Source: a virus
Taxonomy: Duplodnaviria; Heunggongvirae; Uroviricota; Caudoviricetes
Length of the DNA stretch: 64,000 bases
IMG/VR virus record: IMGVR_UViG_2617271072_000004
Location: 32,001-96,000 of that record
Strand: one strand, 5' to 3'
Positions 1-10,265 of the stretch are shown here, piece by piece. The stretch's first letter is position 1. Every line of letters begins with the position of its first letter. A program made the translations under genes and the position numbers. A model generated the notes under the pieces. That model made no database searches. It was not told the origin of the DNA and worked only from the letters and a program-made list of their open reading frames with translations.

Positions 1-222
1 ATGAGTGGACACTTTAGCAGCTGAATATCCCATTTTTCACCTCTGATTGATTGGTGGTGCTAAGTGCGCTACGCGAAATCTGGAGCACTAACACTGCCAA
101 CATTTCGCAGATTTTACGTAGCGCAACCTTGATCAAATGATCAAGTGATCACTATTTAACCTGATAAGGTATTGAACTGTATGGATTTACAGGTAAATTG
201 ATCATGTTCAATAACCCTTAAG

Positions 223-256
223 ATAACTTCGTATAATGTATGCTATACGAAGTTAT
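223..256. other. loxP site-specific recombination site (34 bp)
   Basis: ATAACTTCGTATA-ATGTATGC-TATACGAAGTTAT: two 13-bp inverted repeats around an 8-bp spacer that is the reverse complement of the canonical GCATACAT. Confidence 0.95.
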
Positions 257-299
257 TAGGTCCGAAGAGGAGTTTACGTCCAGCTGCGCATAAAAATCA

Positions 300-316
300 A
301 GAATTATTAGAGCAAT
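300..316 (-). promoter_or_regulatory. C1 repressor operator (c1/coi promoter region)
   Basis: minus-strand ATTGCTCTAATAATTCT, near match to the 17-bp operator consensus ATTGCTCTAATAAATTT. Confidence 0.75.
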
Positions 317-382
317 AAATTTTGAGAGAAAAATCCCACTCCACCAGCCAAAAACTGGATTGTTTTTCATAGTTGTTTGACA

Positions 383-399
383 ATTGCTCTAATAAATTA
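383..399 (+). promoter_or_regulatory. C1 repressor operator (c1/coi promoter region)
   Basis: ATTGCTCTAATAAATTA, 16/17 match to consensus; divergent to the operator at 300-316. Confidence 0.8.
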
Positions 400-637
400 T
401 AGTTTTGCCGCCGTTTCGTAATACGACTTTGGATTCACTATTTAATGTGTCTTCAGCGTTGTAGAGCGGCTCAGAAGGAAATGAGCAAACAGGGAAACCT
501 TATACAACGGCATTACAGCTATGCATTGCTCATCTTACACACAGCGCAATGTTGTTAGATTACCCCAGCATGGATCATGGGTGAAACAGTAGGTCAGAGC
601 TTCAGGCTCTGTGTTGTCAATACAGTGAGGCATAATT

Positions 638-847
638 ATGGCTTTCATTCCACCAACCATCGACGACGTTAGACATTGCTCTAACGCTTTATCTGTAGAC
701 CCCGCCGAAACCGACGCTGCCCGCGCCATTGCTGAACACTACTCAAAGATATCCAATCAGGAGTACCGCATCACCCAAGACGACCTGGATGATCTCACTG
801 ACACAATCGAATATCTCATGGCCACTAACCAGCCAGACTCACAATAA
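638..847 (+). CDS. coi: Coi, C1 inactivator (69 aa)
   Basis: 69-aa ORF immediately upstream of c1; size and position match P1 Coi. Confidence 0.85.
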   Translation: MAFIPPTIDDVRHCSNALSVDPAETDAARAIAEHYSKISNQEYRITQDDLDDLTDTIEYLMATNQPDSQ

Positions 848-957
848 ATGCACTAATAAATCTATTATTTTCGTTGGATCCTTCTATAATGGTGGCCAAC
901 AACTCCCAGTGTAATCCGCTGTGAGTTGTTGGCCATGTCAATTCTGGAGGAGGATCA

Positions 958-1809
958 ATGATAAATTATGTCTACGGCGAACAACTGTACCAGGAGTTCG
1001 TCAGCTTCAGGGATCTCTTTCTAAAAAAAGCTGTTGCACGCGCCCAACACGTTGATGCCGCCAGCGACGGTCGTCCTGTTCGCCCGGTTGTCGTTCTGCC
1101 GTTCAAAGAAACGGACAGCATTCAGGCTGAAATTGATAAATGGACTTTAATGGCGCGGGAACTGGAACAGTACCCAGACCTCAATATCCCAAAGACTATT
1201 TTATATCCAGTGCCTAACATCCTTCGCGGTGTGCGTAAGGTTACGACTTATCAGACAGAAGCTGTGAACAGCGTCAACATGACCGCTGGCCGCATTATTC
1301 ATCTGATTGATAAGGACATTCGCATCCAGAAAAGCGCGGGGATCAATGAGCACAGTGCGAAATACATAGAGAACCTGGAAGCAACAAAAGAGCTAATGAA
1401 GCAGTACCCGGAGGATGAAAAATTCCGTATGCGTGTACACGGCTTTAGCGAAACAATGCTGCGCGTCCACTACATTTCCAGTAGCCCTAACTACAATGAT
1501 GGTAAATCAGTTAGTTACCATGTGCCGCTGTGTGGTGTGTTTATCTGCGATGAAACTCTCCGTGATGGAATCATCATCAACGGTGAATTCGAGAAAGCAA
1601 AATTTAGCCTTTATGACTCTATAGAACCGATCATCTGCGACCGCTGGCCGCAGGCAAAAATATATCGCCTGGCAGATATTGAAAATGTAAAAAAACAAAT
1701 TGCCATCACTCGCGAAGAGAAAAAGGTCAAATCAGCCGCATCAGTTACGCGCAGCCGTAACACTAAGAAGGGGCAGCCAGTAAACGACAACCCCGAAAGC
1801 GCGCAATAG
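958..1809 (+). CDS. c1: C1 repressor of lysogeny (283 aa)
   Basis: 283-aa ORF (MINYVYGEQLYQEF...) matching recalled P1 C1; operators upstream and throughout the window. Confidence 0.93.
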   Translation: MINYVYGEQLYQEFVSFRDLFLKKAVARAQHVDAASDGRPVRPVVVLPFKETDSIQAEIDKWTLMARELEQYPDLNIPKTILYPVPNILRGVRKVTTYQTEAVNSVNMTAGRIIHLIDKDIRIQKSAGINEHSAKYIENLEATKELMKQYPEDEKFRMRVHGFSETMLRVHYISSSPNYNDGKSVSYHVPLCGVFICDETLRDGIIINGEFEKAKFSLYDSIEPIICDRWPQAKIYRLADIENVKKQIAITREEKKVKSAASVTRSRNTKKGQPVNDNPESAQ

Positions 1810-1833
1810 TTTCTATCCGGCATGGTCAATGAG

Positions 1834-3318
1834 TTATTCATTAAGCCATGCCAGAGCTTCATCAACCTGCGCTTCGTCTTCGACGCTAAGCACTTCATCC
1901 TGGGGAACATAATCAGCCAGCATAGCGAAACAATATGTATCCCAATGGTCTGGTGAGTGCAGGTTGAGTTTTTTCTTCATATCCTCCTTACTCATCACCT
2001 TCCATTGACCTGCGGAGTTAATCCCTACAGGGATTTTCGACGCTTCCTCAATAGTTTCATTACCCTTATCCAGTCTCATACGACCAGATTTTACGGCCTC
2101 TGCGGCTTGAACGTTGGCATAAGCACGTTTATCAAAGTACAGGCTCTTATCTTCACGGCTATGCATCTTTTTACCCCAGCGTATACGCTGTACGGTAATA
2201 CCATAATACTCGTACATCAGATCCGCCGTTGCTTTACCCAGGCCATCGCCGTCTATCGCTATGGTGATATTGGGGAATCGCTCAGGATTACATTCTGCGA
2301 AAATTTTGGCGGCAAGCTGCGTTTCTGTAACGTCTGTGTATTCCAGCATTCGATAGTTGATTACACGGCGTTTATTTCGCTGGCCGGACACCATCATGAT
2401 ATTGATAACGGACTTATCCCGTCCCGTACCACCAGCAACGTCCACACATGCAAGCCAGCCCCATCCTTTTGCAATCTTGACTTTCCGCCGCGTTGCACGT
2501 TCAACCTCATCACGCCCAAGAAGGAAGCCATCCTGTGATTTAGGGAATAGGCCGCGTACCTTAATCATGTACATAGGGTTATCACGCCCGCCGTACTCCG
2601 CCAGCTTCATTTTGATAAATGCTGGCGTTACCAACGGTGATTCCTCACTGTTAAGCGTGATCGCCGTATAAACGCCATCAGGGTTACCAGGACGCTTGGC
2701 CAGTTTATGGTGTGTATCGTAGAAATAGCCGCTTGGGCGTGTAGGCTGTGACAGCAATAAGATGCGGTTATCCTGTCCGGTAAGAGCACCGGTGATGATA
2801 CCGAAAGCTCTATCACTGACACCGGAGGCTTCATCGATAATATACAGAAGATGATCTGCGTGTTCACCGGCGAGAGCTTCTTCACTTCCCAGACGAAAGC
2901 CCTTCGGTACTACAGTCCATACACCTTTACCAGTAATCTCATAGAAAGCGGTTTCTGTCAGAACAAAATAATCAGCAAGCCATGGGAAACGGCTGGTGGC
3001 AGTAGCCCAGTTTATCTTGATGTACTTGAATATACCGGTCATTACCTGCTGAATTTTGTTCGCAACGATAATGGCACGGGCACCTGGATACATGATTATG
3101 AACAACATGATCATGATAGAAGTCATGTCTGATTTCCCGGTACCGTGACCAGACGAAACAGATGTCTTGCTACCCTGTTCCTGCACAGACTCAATAATCA
3201 GATCCTGCTGCCAGGTAGGTGTTTTGCCGAACAAAACATCAGCGGCAGCAATCCAGTCATAACGATATAGCGCCACCAGCTCGCGCCAACGTGGATCCGT
3301 TACGCAACTTCTGGCCAT
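1834..3318 (-). CDS. pacB: PacB, terminase large subunit (494 aa)
   Basis: 494-aa ORF overlapping pacA stop by ATGA coupling; position next to c1 as in P1. Confidence 0.88.
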   Translation of the reverse strand: MARSCVTDPRWRELVALYRYDWIAAADVLFGKTPTWQQDLIIESVQEQGSKTSVSSGHGTGKSDMTSIMIMLFIIMYPGARAIIVANKIQQVMTGIFKYIKINWATATSRFPWLADYFVLTETAFYEITGKGVWTVVPKGFRLGSEEALAGEHADHLLYIIDEASGVSDRAFGIITGALTGQDNRILLLSQPTRPSGYFYDTHHKLAKRPGNPDGVYTAITLNSEESPLVTPAFIKMKLAEYGGRDNPMYMIKVRGLFPKSQDGFLLGRDEVERATRRKVKIAKGWGWLACVDVAGGTGRDKSVINIMMVSGQRNKRRVINYRMLEYTDVTETQLAAKIFAECNPERFPNITIAIDGDGLGKATADLMYEYYGITVQRIRWGKKMHSREDKSLYFDKRAYANVQAAEAVKSGRMRLDKGNETIEEASKIPVGINSAGQWKVMSKEDMKKKLNLHSPDHWDTYCFAMLADYVPQDEVLSVEDEAQVDEALAWLNE

Positions 3319-4511
3319 TAATCATCATCCCCGTATAGCTTGCGGGTAACTTCTTCGTCTTCCTCCTCGTCTTCGTCCAGGTCTTGTTCCAGCCATGGGT
3401 CGTTTGATACACCTTCAGTATCAACATCTCCATAACCGCCTGTATCAACGATATCGGCGATTTCTTCCCTACGCTGCTCAATCCACAATGCGGCATCGGC
3501 GCGGCGGTTGGCGGCCCGTTCTCGCGCAACTTTGTCCAGATCTTCAAGAGAAGGGCCACCGACGGCTGTTTGCCTTTCCTCATCATCGGTATTGGTCTTA
3601 GGAGCACGCAGATCGGCTTTGATTTGCTCCAGCATCAGGGGCGGTACTTTCCCTCCATGCGCCTCGATGAATTCAGCTGCCTCCAGCACTGACCAGTTGT
3701 TTTCACGCTTTCGTTCGTATGCCAGCTTAACAATGCCAGCTTGCCCCATAGACAAAGCGTGCTTTTCCGCCTCCCGGCTTTCTTTTCGATAGTTATTCCG
3801 GATGCTGTAAATGGTGTTGATCAGGCTGCTTATCTGCGCGGAACAGCTGTTTAGCATGCTCGCGATACGGTATTCAGGCGGAGTTCCTTCATCATCGTCT
3901 TTTTGCTGATCGCGCATTTCCTGAACCAAGCGAATACACGTATCCCTGGCGTTCTCCAGCATAAGGAGATGAGAGAGAGACTTTTCCAGAAGAGTGGTTT
4001 CCAGAACATCAGCCCCGGACCGACGCAACATAGCGCGCGCGGCCTTCCGCGCTTCAACGTTATCTATCAGGTAATCGCCAGCTTCGAATTCAAAGCGTTC
4101 ACCATCATCATCCAGGGTGTCGCGTTCCAGGCGATCACGTAAGGTCCGGTGGGCGCGGGTGATCACGTCATGATCATCAGAACGATCATTTATGCGCTTA
4201 TTCTGGCGCTTCGCGTTCTCGACTGCGGCACTGACAACAGCATTAACTCTTTGTTTTTCAGCCATTTCAGCCACAATGTGATCACCTGCACGTTGATCAT
4301 TAGCGTGATCAATGATCATGCTTTTTAGTGGTTTTCTGACAGGCTTATTTGGCTTACGGCTGTCCGCTGTTCCGGTGTCTTCTTTGAATGCACGGAGATA
4401 ACGACGTGCGGTGTTTGGGTTGAGATTAAACTCGGCGGCATATTGTGCGATGGTGTAACCACCATCTCGCGCCAGGCGAGCAAAATTCTTCTTGTGATCG
4501 TCCCAGGTCAC
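3318..4511 (-). CDS. pacA: PacA, pacase subunit containing the pac site (397 aa)
   Basis: 397-aa ORF with acidic C-terminus; contains the TGATCA hexamer cluster. Confidence 0.88.
   Translation of the reverse strand: MTWDDHKKNFARLARDGGYTIAQYAAEFNLNPNTARRYLRAFKEDTGTADSRKPNKPVRKPLKSMIIDHANDQRAGDHIVAEMAEKQRVNAVVSAAVENAKRQNKRINDRSDDHDVITRAHRTLRDRLERDTLDDDGERFEFEAGDYLIDNVEARKAARAMLRRSGADVLETTLLEKSLSHLLMLENARDTCIRLVQEMRDQQKDDDEGTPPEYRIASMLNSCSAQISSLINTIYSIRNNYRKESREAEKHALSMGQAGIVKLAYERKRENNWSVLEAAEFIEAHGGKVPPLMLEQIKADLRAPKTNTDDEERQTAVGGPSLEDLDKVARERAANRRADAALWIEQRREEIADIVDTGGYGDVDTEGVSNDPWLEQDLDEDEEEDEEVTRKLYGDDD
4131..4319. other. pac packaging site (clustered Dam-methylatable hexamers TGATCA/TGATCG)
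   Basis: four hexamers at 4131-4190 and four at 4278-4319 flanking a hexamer-free core, inside pacA. Confidence 0.85.
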
Positions 4512-4597
4512 TTATGCTTCCTTTCGTATAAAACTCTTTTTGACGCGAGGGTAACGAAAGTCACATGTCAAAAGGCCCGGAACGGGCAAGCAATCAA

Positions 4598-5050
4598 TCA
4601 GATACGTGCGGATGTGGCATTACCGTAATGACGGTGCTGACGGACCACCTTATTGAAAAGTTGACGCGCCATCACCCAAGGCTGGTGCTCCCGGCGTTCC
4701 TTTTCGTCCTGCGTCATATAGAGTTCGTTCTGGAGTTTTTCATCAAACCGGCGCGGAGCGCGGCTGCGGCGAAAGAATTCAGGATTCAGAGAGTGGATCT
4801 GAAATCTACGTGGGCGTGTACTGTCATCAATCAAAACAGACGAATACTTAGACACAGCGATAGCCTTTAAGCGCAGATAAACATCGCGCTTATCGACATC
4901 CAGATGCGGGTATTCCTTTTCAAGAATTGCTGCGAGTTCTTTCGCTGATAGAAGAGATTTAGTGCGGATCATGTAATCCGCAATCTCGTACGATGTTATT
5001 CGTGAGTGATTTATTTCCATGAAGTGGCGTCCCTGCCAGTTAAGTAACAT
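4598..5050 (-). CDS. lpa: Lpa, late promoter activator (150 aa)
   Basis: 150-aa ORF directly upstream of pacA, as P1 gene 10. Confidence 0.8.
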   Translation of the reverse strand: MLLNWQGRHFMEINHSRITSYEIADYMIRTKSLLSAKELAAILEKEYPHLDVDKRDVYLRLKAIAVSKYSSVLIDDSTRPRRFQIHSLNPEFFRRSRAPRRFDEKLQNELYMTQDEKERREHQPWVMARQLFNKVVRQHRHYGNATSARI

Positions 5051-5120
5051 CCTGTCACCTACTGATTAGCCCATGTCAACTAATCAACGTGGAATATAAT
5101 ACCCTCGATTAAAGAAATAG

Positions 5121-5137
5121 CAATACATTAGAGCAAT
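5121..5137 (-). promoter_or_regulatory. C1-operator-like half site upstream of lpa
   Basis: ATTGCTCTAAT core (11/17) between the lpa start and the upstream gene. Confidence 0.4.
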
Positions 5138-5138
5138 T

Positions 5139-6182
5139 TTATCTAACGCTCGACGAGTGACTTGTGATAGCGCCGACTCCAAGCGCGTAATCAAAGAACA
5201 ATCGTTGATGCATCGCCAGCCTACCGTGCGTCTTCTCCCAATTATCGCGGTCACGCTCAATATCACGCTGGCATGACTGGCACAGAGGAATAGCATAAAT
5301 GTCATGCGCGCATAATCGACTATGACGAACGATATAAGGCGTAATGTGAGCGCCAGCTCCCGCAGCTCCACAGCCACAGCATGGACGGGAAGCCACAAAG
5401 TCCATGTACTCGGGCAATTTTAGCGATTGAAGTTTTGGTATTTTGAAATGCGCCATACCTGGGTCGGAGTCAACATCCACAGGGCATACTTTTGCACGCA
5501 TCGGCGCGGCGCGTTCTTCCATCATCTGAACATATGCTGTAGCGCGATCGTCATACGGGCGAATATCCGCCTCTTTCAGAGGTCCGCTATCCTGCGGAGT
5601 AGCCTTCATCTTATTTATTGATATGCGGCAGACTTCTTCCGGCATCAGGTGCATCATGTTGCGCATGAAAGCCCACCAGCACAGCTCCTGAATACTTAAA
5701 TCATGGCTATTTGAAAGGCCCATTTCCTGACGGGCGACATCCAGTATCCAGTTAACGCGATTATTGTGCAGCGTTTCTTTCAGCTCATTAAAACCACGCA
5801 TCCGGTAATGGTTATCGTGATGCCAGCACAACAACACCGCGCTATTGTCTCGTTCAGCGTGGACAATATGGTTGTCACACCAACTACGATCTGCGGCCTG
5901 GCATTGACCCTCTTTCCTACGCAACCACGCCACCAGCGCGTCAATTCCACCAATACGGCGAAACAGTTCATCGCTGTTAAAAAACGGCTGCAACGCCTCA
6001 TTTGTTGCCATGGTTTGCTCGGTAACAACGAGGCCGTCTTCCATGTGCTCGATTAACTCACGCGGCACCGGCTCCATGATAAATTTACGGCCAGCCTCCA
6101 CCAGTTTTCTGACCTCCTGATCCACTTTGAACGTGGCGAGGCCAAGCTCTTTCTGTACAAAGGGAGTAATTACGGCTTTCAC
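5139..6182 (-). CDS. hypothetical protein with two Cys/His-rich zinc-binding modules (DUF968/HNH-like)
   Basis: 347-aa ORF; CxxC...HxxH...PLCxxC motifs repeated in the middle and at the C-terminus. Confidence 0.6.
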   Translation of the reverse strand: MKAVITPFVQKELGLATFKVDQEVRKLVEAGRKFIMEPVPRELIEHMEDGLVVTEQTMATNEALQPFFNSDELFRRIGGIDALVAWLRRKEGQCQAADRSWCDNHIVHAERDNSAVLLCWHHDNHYRMRGFNELKETLHNNRVNWILDVARQEMGLSNSHDLSIQELCWWAFMRNMMHLMPEEVCRISINKMKATPQDSGPLKEADIRPYDDRATAYVQMMEERAAPMRAKVCPVDVDSDPGMAHFKIPKLQSLKLPEYMDFVASRPCCGCGAAGAGAHITPYIVRHSRLCAHDIYAIPLCQSCQRDIERDRDNWEKTHGRLAMHQRLFFDYALGVGAITSHSSSVR

Positions 6183-6209
6183 ATCACACCTTTAATCACT
6201 GATTGGGCT

Positions 6210-6389
6210 TTATCTGCTGCCCGGCATTCTCTGTTTAAGCACAACCATTTCCTGACGGCATAACACAGCAATAGCGGTCCTGACTCCAATTTGCTTACCA
6301 ACCAGGTATTGCTTTACCTTGCGGCGACTCACGCCATCAAGAAGCATCTTTAACGCTTCAAGGGACAATTTGTTGTATTTGCGTGCCAT
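6210..6389 (-). CDS. small hypothetical protein downstream of doc (59 aa)
   Basis: ATG with GGAG ribosome-binding site 7 nt upstream; the longer ORF-track start at 6410 would overlap doc. Confidence 0.5.
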   Translation of the reverse strand: MARKYNKLSLEALKMLLDGVSRRKVKQYLVGKQIGVRTAIAVLCRQEMVVLKQRMPGSR

Positions 6390-6393
6390 TAAT

Positions 6394-6774
6394 CTACTCC
6401 GCAGAACCATACAATCTACGTAACGTGTCGGCGACAGAAGATACAGATATCTCGCCAGTCGCAGCGCCTACAGTAAGGTCTGCCAGTTCAGGTGAATCAA
6501 ATACCTGCACCCCGTTACGGCGTAGAAATAGCAGCGCGCTGTTTAGCGCGGTACGCTTATTGGCATCATTGAATATATGCCCTCTCGCTGTAGCCACCAG
6601 GTAGGTGGCGGAGACTTCGAAAAGGTCGGTGATCTCTTCGTAGGCAACTCTGGCCTGAACTCTCCCGATAATGGCCTCTGCCCTGCCCGGATCTGACATG
6701 CCAGGCAGGCCGCCGTAGCGGCTTATATTCGCATCATGAAGCGCAATAAGTTCTTCCGGTGATATATGCCTCAT
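6394..6774 (-). CDS. doc: Doc toxin (Fic-family kinase, 126 aa)
   Basis: 126-aa [25 protein letters not shown]..., matches recalled P1 Doc. Confidence 0.95.
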
Positions 6775-6995
6775 TATCGGTTAACCAGTTCCTTGTTGGT
6801 GGAGTCCAGGGTGTCAAACAGGGATGCAAATTCAGCATCCAGCGCCGCTTTTTTGTAGGCTTCGAAAGTAGCCTTGCTGACAATTACTGCTGGCTCACGG
6901 CCTCTGCGGGTGATTTCAACCTCTTCCCCGGCTTCAACATTGTTGAGCACTTCAGAAAGGTTGCCGCGCGCGGTACGGAAGTTAATGGATTGCAT
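6774..6995 (-). CDS. phd: Phd antitoxin (73 aa)
   Basis: [32 protein letters not shown]...; stop overlaps the doc start. Confidence 0.95.
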
Positions 6996-7067
6996 AAACA
7001 CCTCGTGTACTCGTTATGTGTACACAATTATAAACCTCACAGGCATAAAGCACCAGCCCTTTGCAGC

Positions 7068-7457
7068 TTAAATAACCGGACAATCATCAAACTCCCCACT
7101 TCGGGCATCATTGATGACATGAGTGATCACACCAAAAACAGCATTACTGCCCGTGCATCCATCGTCATCTACTGGTAACGCCTCTTTCTTCCCGGTGCTT
7201 AAATCCTCCAGGTGCTGGCGCGGATACTTCCTGTATCTCTTTATGCGATATTCACCCTCCATAGCGCACACAAGCAGCGAACCATCAACTGGAGTAAGCG
7301 AAGAATCAACCACCAGCAAAGCACCCTGCAATATTCCCTCACGGTGATGGCTATCAGCTGCCCGCATGAAGTAGGTTGCTGATGGATGTCTAATTATCTG
7401 CTGATCAAGAGAAATTCGGCTTTCAACATAATCCGCCGCAGGAGAAGGGAAGCCCAT
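7068..7457 (-). CDS. humD: HumD, UmuD'-like mutagenesis protein (129 aa)
   Basis: 129-aa ORF with a LexA box immediately upstream. Confidence 0.85.
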   Translation of the reverse strand: MGFPSPAADYVESRISLDQQIIRHPSATYFMRAADSHHREGILQGALLVVDSSLTPVDGSLLVCAMEGEYRIKRYRKYPRQHLEDLSTGKKEALPVDDDGCTGSNAVFGVITHVINDARSGEFDDCPVI

Positions 7458-7475
7458 AGCGTTTTACCTCAATGA

Positions 7476-7495
7476 TACTGTTTATTCATACAGTA
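7476..7495. promoter_or_regulatory. LexA (SOS) box
   Basis: TACTGTTTATTCATACAGTA = CTGT-N8-ACAG perfect palindrome upstream of humD. Confidence 0.8.
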
Positions 7496-7580
7496 TACAT
7501 TGAAAAGGCATAGTTTGTGAAAGCGGGGTTTGTAGGCGCGCCACGCTGGGGGCTAATCACATTTCTCCCCCATCTTGCCG

Positions 7581-7832
7581 TTATTTTTTTGGTGCATCCT
7601 CGTTCTGATACACCGGATCGCTCCCTTTTGGCAACTGGAGGCTTAACTGCCGGTAGTGCCGTAGCCGTTCCATGAAATAGGCGCGCAGGTTTTCCGGTTG
7701 CTCACGGGCCACCTGCTCTGCAATCACAGGTATATTCAGCCGTTCTTTGTAAGCAACGCCGCTGGCGGCAAGGTCTACGTTCACCTTGTCTCGCTCTTCC
7801 TGGCTTTTAGCTGCTATATTTCGATCTGACAC
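7581..7832 (-). CDS. hot: Hot, homolog of DNA polymerase III theta subunit (83 aa)
   Basis: 83-aa ORF upstream of humD, P1 synteny. Confidence 0.8.
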   Translation of the reverse strand: MSDRNIAAKSQEERDKVNVDLAASGVAYKERLNIPVIAEQVAREQPENLRAYFMERLRHYRQLSLQLPKGSDPVYQNEDAPKK

Positions 7833-7864
7833 AAGAAACCTCCAGGAGTTAGTGGATCAGGCAC

Positions 7865-8215
7865 ATGCACAATAACGTTCTCAATGTTAGCCGTTCAATT
7901 CAGACAATCAGAGACTGCACCAGTGTGGTGGCATCAATCCCATTGCGAAACAGCATAGACGAACTGCAAATTCGTGTATTGAATCCGAATCAGGCTAATA
8001 AGCAATTGCGCTTTATTTTGACGCTGAAAAGTGAAACAGAGGGGATAAAGCACAGCGTAAAAGTGTTTTCTGAGGCCATTCTGCTTAATGGGAAGCTCCG
8101 GCATCTGGTAAGGCCAGAACGTCAATATCCTGACGTCCTGGCGCGTGAAAAAGACCTTCTTTCTGAAGTTCAGGATAGGGTGATCGATTTCGTCAAATGC
8201 TATCCCCTGCATTGA
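7865..8215 (+). CDS. hypothetical protein (116 aa)
   Basis: ORF only; overlapped by an antisense ORF, so coding strand is uncertain. Confidence 0.3.
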   Translation: MHNNVLNVSRSIQTIRDCTSVVASIPLRNSIDELQIRVLNPNQANKQLRFILTLKSETEGIKHSVKVFSEAILLNGKLRHLVRPERQYPDVLAREKDLLSEVQDRVIDFVKCYPLH

Positions 8216-8415
8216 GGGCAGGTGTTCCCTTCCGCAAAGTAGGGAAAATTGCTATCAAGTTCATCACACCATCTGCGATGGTCGTAGCACCAAAAAGCCT
8301 CCCACGGTAAACCAAAAGACTTCATCCACTGGGACACTCGATCTAGTATATCTGCTGGTGGCAGTTCTTCTGGCAATAATTTGCCTGATAATTCCCTTTC
8401 CGCCCGCGACAGCAT
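8200..8415 (-). CDS. hypothetical protein (71 aa)
   Basis: ORF only. Confidence 0.4.
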   Translation of the reverse strand: MLSRAERELSGKLLPEELPPADILDRVSQWMKSFGLPWEAFWCYDHRRWCDELDSNFPYFAEGNTCPQCRG

Positions 8416-8466
8416 TTTTTTGAGGCTCGCGTTCTCTTTTTCAGCTCATCTACGCGCACCTGTAAT

Positions 8467-9117
8467 TCAGCTTTCGTTGGCATGGTCCACCTCATGCTTT
8501 TCAGCCACCAGCGGCAATAAAGCCCTGGCCATCTTATGAACCAATAGTGCATCAATAATGCCAAGCGTATGCCCCGGCTTAATGTTTAATGCCGCCTCAA
8601 GGTGACACCTTTCCAGGTCACTTTTCTCGGCTTGTTTATGATGATCTGGTGTAATAACGTCGCCCAAAACACGGCTAATTCTTTCTCGTAATTGCTGGGT
8701 GCCAGCACACTTGATCGCTGTATCGTGGAGACGGTTAACCAGTTCGCGATAAACATGCGGCTTAATGCGGATACGTTCACCGGTGACGCCCTTTCCTGGC
8801 GCTGGCACCGAACTATCCGGAATATCCGGATAGTTGCCAGCCTCGTAAGCTACCCGCAGCCAGTGCATGAATGTTTCAGTGGACACACAACCACAGTCCA
8901 CATCGATTTTTCCGCGTTGCTGTTCCAGCCAATGCTCAAAATTCAATCTACACGTATTACTTTCATGTTGCTCTTTTTGTCTCAAGGCCAGCATCTGCTG
9001 GGCTATTTCCAATACTTCATCTGCCGTATATCCAGCACCGTGACCATACATTTCGATACGGGAAATAATCTCTGATATGCGCTCTTCAGTGATTCTGGTC
9101 ATTTCTTTTTGCGCCAT
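8467..9117 (-). CDS. hypothetical protein (216 aa)
   Basis: ORF in co-directional minus-strand gene string. Confidence 0.6.
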   Translation of the reverse strand: MAQKEMTRITEERISEIISRIEMYGHGAGYTADEVLEIAQQMLALRQKEQHESNTCRLNFEHWLEQQRGKIDVDCGCVSTETFMHWLRVAYEAGNYPDIPDSSVPAPGKGVTGERIRIKPHVYRELVNRLHDTAIKCAGTQQLRERISRVLGDVITPDHHKQAEKSDLERCHLEAALNIKPGHTLGIIDALLVHKMARALLPLVAEKHEVDHANES

Positions 9118-9473
9118 TTCTTTTCACATTCCTTAGTCCATTCTTCAATGTTCATTTTGGCAATATCAGTCATTCCATCACCTAAGAAATACTTTTTCCG
9201 GTATGTCTTGCACTTAAACCACACTACAACAGCCACCAGCCAGAAAATAAAAGGCCATACAGCAATACCAACGACAGCCGCGATAAAGCCCAATAGCCAT
9301 AAATGAAGCTCTCCAACTTCTGTTTCCGGCAATATTCTTAAAGAATTAAACAGCAGGATGAACGAATGGTCGTATGCATTGGCAGTATAAGACATGCAAT
9401 CCATATAATTAAAGTCATAGCCTGCGGCTGCCGCCCATAATGGGCGGTCAAGAAAATGTTTTAGTGTCATCAT
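9099..9473 (-). CDS. hypothetical membrane protein (124 aa)
   Basis: hydrophobic segment LLGFIAAVVGIAVWPFIFWLVAVVVWF. Confidence 0.55.
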   Translation of the reverse strand: MMTLKHFLDRPLWAAAAGYDFNYMDCMSYTANAYDHSFILLFNSLRILPETEVGELHLWLLGFIAAVVGIAVWPFIFWLVAVVVWFKCKTYRKKYFLGDGMTDIAKMNIEEWTKECEKKWRKKK

Positions 9474-9479
9474 ATAAAT

Positions 9480-9869
9480 TTAAGGTTCAGACCAGTTATC
9501 TTCAATAGCAATGCTTAATCTTTGTAGCCATTCTGCTAATTTCAGCATTGCTTCTCTTTCGCTTAAACCACGAGGAAAATCATCAAGCGAAATTGTTGGC
9601 TTGAATCCCCCGCAATTATCCATTTCAACTGTCAGATTTTGTTCCAGCACGGTATTTCTTACGCGGCTATTGTGCCGGAGCAAATATACTGAGCGTGATT
9701 TATTGGTTTTGTGGTCTAGCTTATATTCGGTAAGTATCATCTGGCTTTTGCCATGATTATTACCTCTCCACATACTTACCTCACTTAATAAAACAACTCC
9801 ATGCGTAGTTGATGATTTTTTCCCACGTAATATAAATCTGCACTCCGGCAGTAAAACCAAAGCCAACAA
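9480..9869 (-). CDS. hypothetical protein (129 aa; start uncertain)
   Basis: ORF only. Confidence 0.45.
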   Translation of the reverse strand: MLALVLLPECRFILRGKKSSTTHGVVLLSEVSMWRGNNHGKSQMILTEYKLDHKTNKSRSVYLLRHNSRVRNTVLEQNLTVEMDNCGGFKPTISLDDFPRGLSEREAMLKLAEWLQRLSIAIEDNWSEP

Positions 9870-9952
9870 TTGCTGAAAAAATCAAAAACATTTACTTTTG
9901 ACATTATAAATTTTCTCTCGGTGTCGTAGGTGATAGCACCATAATTGATAAT

Positions 9953-10189
9953 TTAGTGAGTTAGCAGTTCCAGTTCATTTTTGATGATTTCCGCATGAGC
10001 ATCATCGTTATCAACACTTAGCTCGTTTAATGCTTCTCGCACTACATCAACTTCTTCAGGCTGAAAGAAGTCGTCGCGGTAATCACCAAATAGAACCGAA
10101 ACCAGCCTGCCACCAGCAACATCAAGATTGGCGCTAACAGGTGGCTCTTTGCCATCCTCAAATTCGACTACAAAAGTTAATTTTCCCAT
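9953..10189 (-). CDS. hypothetical acidic protein (78 aa)
   Basis: ORF only. Confidence 0.5.
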   Translation of the reverse strand: MGKLTFVVEFEDGKEPPVSANLDVAGGRLVSVLFGDYRDDFFQPEEVDVVREALNELSVDNDDAHAEIIKNELELLTH

Positions 10190-10265
10190 CGTTACCCCCA
10201 GAAGATAAAAATAGCGGCAATCGCCATAGCTACGCCTACAATCGCAAATGCTTCAGGCCAGCTTA

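Noticed and set aside
223-256. loxP as an engineered recombination scar
   Set aside because: It sits in native P1-like context next to the C1 operators and coi-c1, with no vector or marker sequence nearby.
535-914. ORFs 535-729 (minus strand) and 729-914 (plus strand) in the c1 regulatory region
   Set aside because: They overlap coi or the operator/promoter region and lack start context; the known small gene here is coi.
1957-3132. Plus-strand ORFs inside pacB (1957-2538, 2357-2671, 2851-3132) and similar antisense ORFs inside dmt, sit and other long genes
   Set aside because: They are shadow ORFs opposite well-supported genes, with no ribosome-binding sites or motifs.
4131-4319. TGATCA hexamer cluster as terminal inverted repeats of an insertion sequence
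   Set aside because: The hexamers are the Dam-methylated elements of the P1-type pac site inside pacA; no transposase gene or target-site duplication is present.
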